The position numbers were made by a program, and so were the translations under genes. Shown one piece after another: positions 58,261-64,000 of a stretch of 64,000 bases of DNA. Every line of letters starts with the position of its first letter. Positions within the stretch are counted from its first letter, which is position 1. Origin of the DNA: an uncultured Enterobacteriaceae bacterium (GTDB lineage: Bacteria > Verrucomicrobiota > Verrucomicrobiia > Opitutales > UBA953). The stretch is taken from the NCBI GenBank assembly GCA_964472585.1, contig CAYYLJ010000002.1, forward strand, positions 57,730 through 121,729. Reading direction: 5' to 3'. The notes below the pieces were generated by a model. That model was given only the letters and a program-made list of their open reading frames with translations. It ran no database searches and was not told the origin of the DNA.

Positions 58261-59937
58261 TCACCTCGTCAGGCGGCGGTACTTCGGGCGGCGCGGCCGG
58301 TCGGCGTCCTCGCCGAGGCGCTTCCGCCGCTCCTCCTGGTAGGAGGCGAAGTTGCCCTCGTGCCAGACCACCTTGCTGTCGCCCTCGAAGGCGAGGATGT
58401 GGGTGGCCACGCGGTCGAGGAACCAGCGGTCGTGGGTGATGATCACGGCGCAGCCGGCGAAGCCCTCGAGGGCGTCCTCCAGCGCGCGGATGGTGTTCAC
58501 GTCAAGGTCGTTGGTCGGCTCGTCGAGCAGGAGGACGTTGGCGCCCGACTTGATCAGGCGCGCGAGGTGCACGCGGTTGCGCTCGCCGCCCGACATCAGC
58601 CCCACCTTGCGCTGCTGGACGTCGCCGACGAAGCCGAAGCGCGCCGCGTAGGTGCGGGCGGCGACGGGCACCTTGCCCAGGTGCACGACCTCCTCGCCGT
58701 CGGAGATGGCCGACCACACGGGGCTCTCCGCCGGCAGGGCGTCGCGCGACTGGTCCACGTAGGCCAGCTTCACGGTGTCGCCGAGGCGCAGCTCGCCGCC
58801 GTCGGGCCGCTCCTGGCCGACGATCATGCGGAAGAGCGTGGTCTTGCCCGCGCCGTTGGGGCCGACGACGCCGACGATGCCGCCGGCGGGCAGCGAGAAC
58901 GCCACGTCCTCCATGAGCACGCGGTCGCCGAAGGCCTTCATCAGCCCGCGCGCCTCGATGACGGCGCCGCCGAGCCGGGGGCCGGGCGGGATCCAGATCT
59001 CGGCCGTCCGCTCCCGCTCCTGCTGGTCGGCGTCGAGCAGCCGCTCGTAGGCGGCGAGGCGCGCCTTGTTCTTGGCCATGCGCGCCTTGGGCGACTGGGA
59101 GGCCCACTGGCCCTCGCGGGCGAGCGCCCGGGTGCGCGCGTCCGCCTGCCGGTTCTCCATCTCCAGCCGCTCCTGCTTCTGGGCGAGCCACGAGGAGTAG
59201 TTGCCCTTCCAGGGGATGCCGCGTCCGCGGTCGAGCTCGAGGATCCAGCCGGCGACGTTGTCGAGGAAGTAGCGGTCGTGGGTGACGGCGATGACCGTGC
59301 CCTTGTAGCGCGCGAGGTGCTGCTCGAGCCACTGCACGGTGTCGGCGTCGAGGTGGTTGGTCGGCTCGTCGAGCAGGAGGATGTCGGGCTCGAGCAGCAG
59401 CAGCCGGGCCATGGCCACGCGCCGCCGCTCGCCGCCGGACAGCCCCGCGACGGGCGCGTCTCCCGGCGGGCAGCGGAGCGACTCCAGCGCCATCTCGAGG
59501 CGCGCGTCGAGGTCCCACCCTCCCTTGGCGTCGAGCTCCTCCTGGATGGCGGCCTGTCGCTCCAGGATGCGCGCCTGCTCCTTGGGGTCGTCGGTCTCGC
59601 CGACCTTGACGAAGGTGTCGTCGTACTCGTCGAGCAGGGCCCGCAGTCCCGAGGCGGCCTCGGCCACCACCTCGTGCACGGTCTTGGCGGCGTCCAGCTC
59701 GGGCTCCTGGGGCAGGTAGCCCAGGGAGTAGCCCGGCACGCGCGCGATCTCGCCGTCGAACTCCGTGTCGGTCCCGGCGATGATGCGCAGCAGGGTCGAC
59801 TTCCCGGAGCCGTTGAGGCCGAGGAGGCCGATCTTGGCGCCGTGGAAGAACGAGAGGTTGATGTCCTTGAGCACGGGCTTGCGCTCGTGGGACTTCGTCA
59901 CGCCCGTCATGGTGAAGATGACCTTGTCGCCGCTCAT
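58261..59937 (-). CDS. ettA: Energy-dependent translational throttle protein EttA (ABC-F)
   Basis: 558 aa with two ABC domains (GLNGSGKST, GPNGAGKTT; LSGGERRRV, MSGGERNRV). Confidence 0.93.
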   Translation of the reverse strand: MSGDKVIFTMTGVTKSHERKPVLKDINLSFFHGAKIGLLGLNGSGKSTLLRIIAGTDTEFDGEIARVPGYSLGYLPQEPELDAAKTVHEVVAEAASGLRALLDEYDDTFVKVGETDDPKEQARILERQAAIQEELDAKGGWDLDARLEMALESLRCPPGDAPVAGLSGGERRRVAMARLLLLEPDILLLDEPTNHLDADTVQWLEQHLARYKGTVIAVTHDRYFLDNVAGWILELDRGRGIPWKGNYSSWLAQKQERLEMENRQADARTRALAREGQWASQSPKARMAKNKARLAAYERLLDADQQERERTAEIWIPPGPRLGGAVIEARGLMKAFGDRVLMEDVAFSLPAGGIVGVVGPNGAGKTTLFRMIVGQERPDGGELRLGDTVKLAYVDQSRDALPAESPVWSAISDGEEVVHLGKVPVAARTYAARFGFVGDVQQRKVGLMSGGERNRVHLARLIKSGANVLLLDEPTNDLDVNTIRALEDALEGFAGCAVIITHDRWFLDRVATHILAFEGDSKVVWHEGNFASYQEERRKRLGEDADRPRRPKYRRLTR

Positions 59938-59989
59938 GGCAGGGCAGGGTCGCCGCCTCGCCCGCCGGGGCAAGAGGAACCTGCGCGAC

Positions 59990-60258
59990 GGCTTCACGGG
60001 TTGCGGCTTCACGGCTTCACGGGGCGCCTGACGGCGCCGGCCGGCTGATGGCTTAATCGCTTAATGGAAGGGGCAGGGAACCCATGGGTCGTGGTGCTTG
60101 TATGCACTTCACACCCCTTCGCCCCTATTCGTCCCTTTTCGTCCTTTTTATCCCTTAATCCCCCGACATCCTCAGCCCCCTTAGCATCCTTTTAATCCCT
60201 TTCTCCTTTCTATCCTTTCCATCCCCATCCTCATCCCCCTCCTCCTCTCCCGATCCCC
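59990..60258. repeat. Unit-array element, copy C
   Basis: GGCTTCACG x3, GCTTAAT x2, core AATGGAAGGGGCAGGGAACCCATGGG, then about 145 nt of pyrimidine-rich units (TTCGTCCCTTTTCGTCCTTTTTATCCCTTAATCCC...) ending 1 nt before the fucosidase ATG. Confidence 0.8.
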
Positions 60259-62154
60259 ATGCGCCCCCTCGCCGCCCTCCTTGCCCTGATTGTCGCCTCG
60301 CTCCCGGCCGCGGAGCCGCCCAAGCCCTTTGGCCCGACGCCCAGCCCCCGCCAGCTCGCCTGGATGGAGGTCGAGTACTACGGCTTCATCCACTACGGCC
60401 TCAACACCTACACCGGCAAGGAGTGGGGCTACGGCGACGAGTCGCCGTCGATCATGAAGCTCGAGCATTTCGACGCCGACGGCATCGCGCGCACCGCCAA
60501 GGAGGCGGGCATGGGCGGGCTGGTCGTCGTCGCCAAGCACCACGACGGTTTCTGCCTGTGGCCGACCGACACCACCCCGCACAATATCCGCAAGGCGCCC
60601 TACAAGGGCGGCAAGGGCGACATCGTCGGCGAGATGGCCGAGGCCTGCCGCCGCCACGGCCTCAAGCTCGGCATCTATGTCTCGCCCTGGGACCGCAACC
60701 ATCCCGAGTACGGCCGCGAGGGCTACAAGCGCGTGTTCGTCGAGCAGAACCGCGAGGTGCTCACCCGCTACGGCGACCTCTTCATGATGTGGTACGACGG
60801 CGCCAACGGCGGCGACGGCTACTACGGCGGCGCCCGCGAGCGCCGGCAGATCCCCAAGGACTATTATCCCTGGGACGAGGTCCGCGCGCTCATCCGCAAG
60901 CACCAGCCCATGGCCAGCGTCTTCGGCGACGGCGGTCCCGACGTCCGCTGGGTCGGCAACGAGAAGGGCTTCGCCGCCGAGACCTGCTGGGCGGTGACCT
61001 ATGCCGGCACCGGCATCCCCGCCGACTATGACCCGCGCGAGCTCAACGTCGGTTCCCCCAAGGGCAATGTCTGGCGTCCCGCCGAGTGCGACGTGTCCAT
61101 CCGCCCGGGCTGGTTCTACCACGCCCACGAGGACAACCGCGTGAAGGACCTCCGCGCCCTGTCCGAGATCTACTTCGCCTCGGTCGGCCGCGGCCAGGCG
61201 CTCAACCTCAACATCCCGCCCACGCCGCAGGGGCGCCTGCATGAGCGCGACGTCGCCTCGCTCCGCGCCCTCCGCGCCCACCTCGACGCGATGTTCAAGG
61301 TCGACCACGCCCGCGGCGCCAAGGCGGAGTCCGCCACCCGCCGCGGCGGCTCCGCCCGCTTCGCCGCCGCCGCCCTGACCGACGGCGAGCGCGACACCTA
61401 TTGGTGCGGCGAGGACGGCGACCTGACGCCCGAGGCGGTCGTCACCCTCCCCGCGCCCGCGACGGTCGACGTCGTCCGCGTCCGCGAGTACACCCCCCTC
61501 GGCCAGCGCGTCGAGGCCTTCGCCCTCGACGCCTGGGTGGGCGGCGACTGGCAGGAGGTCGCCTACGCGACGACCATCGGCCACCAGCGGATCCTGCGCT
61601 TCCCGGCCGTCACCTCCGACCGCTTCCGCCTGCGCGTCGTCGGCTCGCTCGCGGTCCCCTGCCTGAGCGAGTTCTCCCTCTTCAAGGAGCCGGAGGGCGC
61701 CCGCGGGCCGCAGGCCGCCTTCGCCCGCCGCAAGCCCGTCGGCTGGAAGGTCGTGTCCTCGACCGACGGCGGCAAGGGCGCCCCCGTCGAGCGCGCCATC
61801 GACGGCGACCCCTCCTCCTTCTGGCACACCCACCCGATGTCGGGCGAGCTCGCCCCGCCCCAGTCCTTCGTCGTCGACACCGGCCGCGAGCGCTCGGCCA
61901 AGGGCTTCTTCTACGTGCCCCGCCAGGATGGCACCCGCCACGGCATGACCGACCGCTACCGCTTCGAGGGCAGCCTCGACGGCGCGACCTGGTCCGTCCT
62001 CGCCGAGGGCGAGTTCGGCAACCTGCGCGCCAACCCGCAGGAGCAGGCCGTGACCTTCGCCGCCCCGGCCAAGCTCCGTTACTTCCGCTTCACCGGCCTG
62101 CGCGCCCTCGAGAAGTCCCATGTCAGCGCCGCCGAGGTCGGCCTGCTGGAGTGA
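60259..62154 (+). CDS. GH29 alpha-L-fucosidase with C-terminal F5/8 type C (discoidin) domains
   Basis: Signal peptide. Motifs: GFIHYGLNTY, KHHDGFCLWPT, YVSPWDRN. Two discoidin-like repeats are present (RVREYTPLGQRVEAF; RYFRFTGLRA). Confidence 0.88.
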   Translation: MRPLAALLALIVASLPAAEPPKPFGPTPSPRQLAWMEVEYYGFIHYGLNTYTGKEWGYGDESPSIMKLEHFDADGIARTAKEAGMGGLVVVAKHHDGFCLWPTDTTPHNIRKAPYKGGKGDIVGEMAEACRRHGLKLGIYVSPWDRNHPEYGREGYKRVFVEQNREVLTRYGDLFMMWYDGANGGDGYYGGARERRQIPKDYYPWDEVRALIRKHQPMASVFGDGGPDVRWVGNEKGFAAETCWAVTYAGTGIPADYDPRELNVGSPKGNVWRPAECDVSIRPGWFYHAHEDNRVKDLRALSEIYFASVGRGQALNLNIPPTPQGRLHERDVASLRALRAHLDAMFKVDHARGAKAESATRRGGSARFAAAALTDGERDTYWCGEDGDLTPEAVVTLPAPATVDVVRVREYTPLGQRVEAFALDAWVGGDWQEVAYATTIGHQRILRFPAVTSDRFRLRVVGSLAVPCLSEFSLFKEPEGARGPQAAFARRKPVGWKVVSSTDGGKGAPVERAIDGDPSSFWHTHPMSGELAPPQSFVVDTGRERSAKGFFYVPRQDGTRHGMTDRYRFEGSLDGATWSVLAEGEFGNLRANPQEQAVTFAAPAKLRYFRFTGLRALEKSHVSAAEVGLLE

Positions 62155-62228
62155 GACGCCGCCCCGTCCTCGGGCCTTGACACCGGGCCCCGGGGATGGG
62201 ATAACTCCCCCAGTCGCCTTTTAACGAA

Positions 62229-62259
62229 GGTGGGCTCCGTCCCGGGCCCGCCTTTTTTG
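62229..62259 (+). terminator. Rho-independent terminator after the fucosidase gene
   Basis: Stem GGTGGGC/GCCCGCC (one G-T pair), 10-nt loop, then TTTTTTGT. Confidence 0.6.
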
Positions 62260-62300
62260 TCCCCCGCGCCTTTTCTCACACCCAAACTCCCGTCCGCGCC

Positions 62301-63542
62301 ATGAGCCAAGACATCAAGCCGTTCCTGCAGTACCTCGAGAAGGAGAAGAGCATCTCCCGACCCGACGCCTGCGCCCTCATCGTCGAGGCCATCCGGTCCT
62401 CGGTCGAGAAGTCCGTCATGCAGGGCCACGAGATCGAGGTCCTCGCCGATCCCGATTCCGGCAAGCTCGACGCCTGGGTCGTCTTCCGCGTGACCGACTC
62501 CGTCTCCGACGAGAAGAGGGAGATCAACCCCTCCGAGGCCGCCAAGTACGCCCGCGACCCCAAGGTCGGCGACCTCATCCGCAAGCCCATCGCCGTCTCG
62601 GAGCTCGGCCGCATCGCCGCCAAGTCCACCCAGCAGCTCATCAACCAGCGCTTCCGCGCCATCGAGAAGGAGCACGTCTACCAGGAGTACAAGGACAAGG
62701 AGGGCGACATCGTCACCGGCACCGTCCGCCGCGTCGAGCGCGGGAACGTCATCGTCGAGCTCGGCACCGCCGAGGCCATCCTCCCCTACCGCGAGCGCAG
62801 CCCCGGCGAGGACTTCCGCACCGGCGACCGCATCCGCGCCCTGCTGCTGAAGATCGACATCACCCAGCGCGGCCCCGAGTTCATCCTCTCGCGCGCCAAC
62901 CCCGCCTTCGTCACCCGCCTCCTGCAGCTCGAGGTCGCCGAGATCGCCGACGGCACCGTGTTCGTCGCCGCCATGGCCCGCGACCCCGGCTACCGCACCA
63001 AGCTCGCCGTCGACACCCGCGACCCCAAGGTCGACCCCGTCGGCGCCTGCGTCGGCGCCCGCGGCTCGCGCGTCCGCAACCTGGTCAAGGAGCTCAACAA
63101 CGAGAAGGTCGACATCATCCGCTACATGCCCGAGCCCCTCAAGCTCCTCGAGGAGGCCATCAAGCCCGCCAAGCCCCGCAACGTCCACGTCGACGAGCGC
63201 AACCGCCAGATCCACTTCGAGGTCTCCGAGGACGACATGCGCATCGCCATCGGCAAGGGCGGCCGCAACGCGCGCCTCACCTCCAAGCTCATGGGCTGGC
63301 GCCTCGACATCGCCAAGTCCATCCACGCCCCCGAGTCCGTCGAGGCCCAGGCGGGCCTCCGCGCCCAGCAGCTGGCCGAGCGCCTCGGCCTCACCGCCGA
63401 CCAGGCCGGCCGCCTCGCCGGCATGGGCGTGACCGAGCTCGGCGGCTTCGAGGGCATGACCGCCGACGACCTCGTCGCCGCCGGCTTCGCCGCCGAGGAG
63501 GCCTCCGCCATCCTCGCCGCCGCCGAGAAGGCGCGCGGCTGA
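62301..63542 (+). CDS. nusA: Transcription termination/antitermination factor NusA
   Basis: S1 domain GDIVTGTVRRVERGNVIVELG and KH motifs GACVGARGSRV and AIGKGGRNARL. Confidence 0.95.
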   Translation: MSQDIKPFLQYLEKEKSISRPDACALIVEAIRSSVEKSVMQGHEIEVLADPDSGKLDAWVVFRVTDSVSDEKREINPSEAAKYARDPKVGDLIRKPIAVSELGRIAAKSTQQLINQRFRAIEKEHVYQEYKDKEGDIVTGTVRRVERGNVIVELGTAEAILPYRERSPGEDFRTGDRIRALLLKIDITQRGPEFILSRANPAFVTRLLQLEVAEIADGTVFVAAMARDPGYRTKLAVDTRDPKVDPVGACVGARGSRVRNLVKELNNEKVDIIRYMPEPLKLLEEAIKPAKPRNVHVDERNRQIHFEVSEDDMRIAIGKGGRNARLTSKLMGWRLDIAKSIHAPESVEAQAGLRAQQLAERLGLTADQAGRLAGMGVTELGGFEGMTADDLVAAGFAAEEASAILAAAEKARG

Positions 63543-63567
63543 TGCTCTCCGGCGCCTGACTGGTGCA

Positions 63568-63753
63568 GGGATACAAAGGATAAAAAGGATACAAAGGATA
63601 CAAAGGATAGAAGGGATAAAAAGGAACTAAGACAGGAATCCCCGAGCCCCTCAATTCAGCCCGCCTCATCCCTTTTATCCCTTCCATCCCTTGGTCCCTT
63701 CTCTCCTTTTCATCCCTTCCATCCCTTAGTCCCTTCCATCCCTTTCCTCCCTC
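63568..63753. repeat. 9-mer-array inverted-arm element, copy D (between nusA and infB)
   Basis: Six consecutive 9-mers: GGATACAAA GGATAAAAA GGATACAAA GGATACAAA GGATAGAAG GGATAAAAA. The pyrimidine arm is TCATCCCTTTTATCCCTTCCATCCC...; 63605-63625 is nearly complementary to 63666-63689. Confidence 0.85.
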
Positions 63754-63763
63754 TAACGCATAC

Positions 63764-64000
63764 ATGACCGACAAGAAAAAGAAGGCCGCCCCGGCCAAGA
63801 AGTCCCCCGCCACCCAGCGCTTCAGCGACGTGGCGAAGGAGCTCGGCGTGGAGGTCAAGCAGCTGCTCGCGTGGGTGGACGAGTTCGTCGACGCGTTCCC
63901 CTCCTGGAAGGATTCCGTCTACAGCGAGGGCAAGAAGCCCGCCGCCTCCTCCACCTGCGGCAAGTTCTATCGCGATGAGCTGATGGCGTTCATCGCCCCC
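63764..64000 (+). CDS. infB: Probable translation initiation factor IF-2, N-terminal part (runs off the window)
   Basis: ATG at 63764 with the frame open to the window end and good GC3. Lys-rich start followed by FSDVAKELGVEVKQLLAWV, which resembles the IF2 N-terminal domain. Canonical position after nusA. Confidence 0.55.
   Translation, partial: MTDKKKKAAPAKKSPATQRFSDVAKELGVEVKQLLAWVDEFVDAFPSWKDSVYSEGKKPAASSTCGKFYRDELMAFIAP

Noticed and set aside
63568-63753. TTATCC-containing 9-mers as DnaA boxes or an oriC.
   Set aside because: The units (TTATCCCTT, TTATCCTTT) lack the CACA half of the TTATCCACA box. Arrays occur at five or more separate loci, and no dnaA, dnaN or gidA is nearby.

Overview
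Very GC-rich bacterial chromosome segment; third codon positions are almost always G/C. Nearly all of it is housekeeping. The gene content (type III glutamine synthetase, Cys-type sulfatases with a formylglycine-generating enzyme, a GH29 fucosidase) fits a Verrucomicrobia/Opitutaceae-like organism, but that placement is only an inference. The centre of the window is the classic array tRNA-Thr, tuf, tRNA-Trp, secE, nusG, rplK, rplA, rplJ, rplL, rpoB, rpoC (21.6-34.6 kb). Flanking genes are: guaA, dnaX, hrpB, mdh, mscL, glnN, rpsU, smc and an HtrA protease on the left; a Wza/Wzc-type polysaccharide export cluster, sppA, yggS, recN and hpf in the middle; and two sulfatases, FGE, pyrE, yidC, yebC, ettA, a fucosidase, nusA and the start of infB on the right. 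I saw no CRISPR array, intact mobile element, toxin-antitoxin pair or recognisable defence system. The most unusual signal is non-coding. A family of AT-enriched intergenic elements occurs at five full loci plus one fragment in 64 kb. Each full copy has a purine-rich arm and a complementary pyrimidine-rich arm built from tandem ~9-bp units (GGGATAAAA / GGATACAAA / GGACGAAAA / GGCTTCACG types) around a spacer that usually contains a GGGGCAG or AATGGA motif. Other points worth follow-up: an A9 run with an immediate out-of-frame TAG at the gamma/tau boundary of dnaX; a sigma-54 promoter with upstream dyads in front of glnN; G-depleted C/A-rich leaders in place of Shine-Dalgarno sequences; a Gly/Tyr-rich N-terminal tail on the Wzc-like kinase; and an integrase-arm-like mini-ORF upstream of a sulfatase. 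The many long ORFs antisense to real genes are high-GC artefacts.
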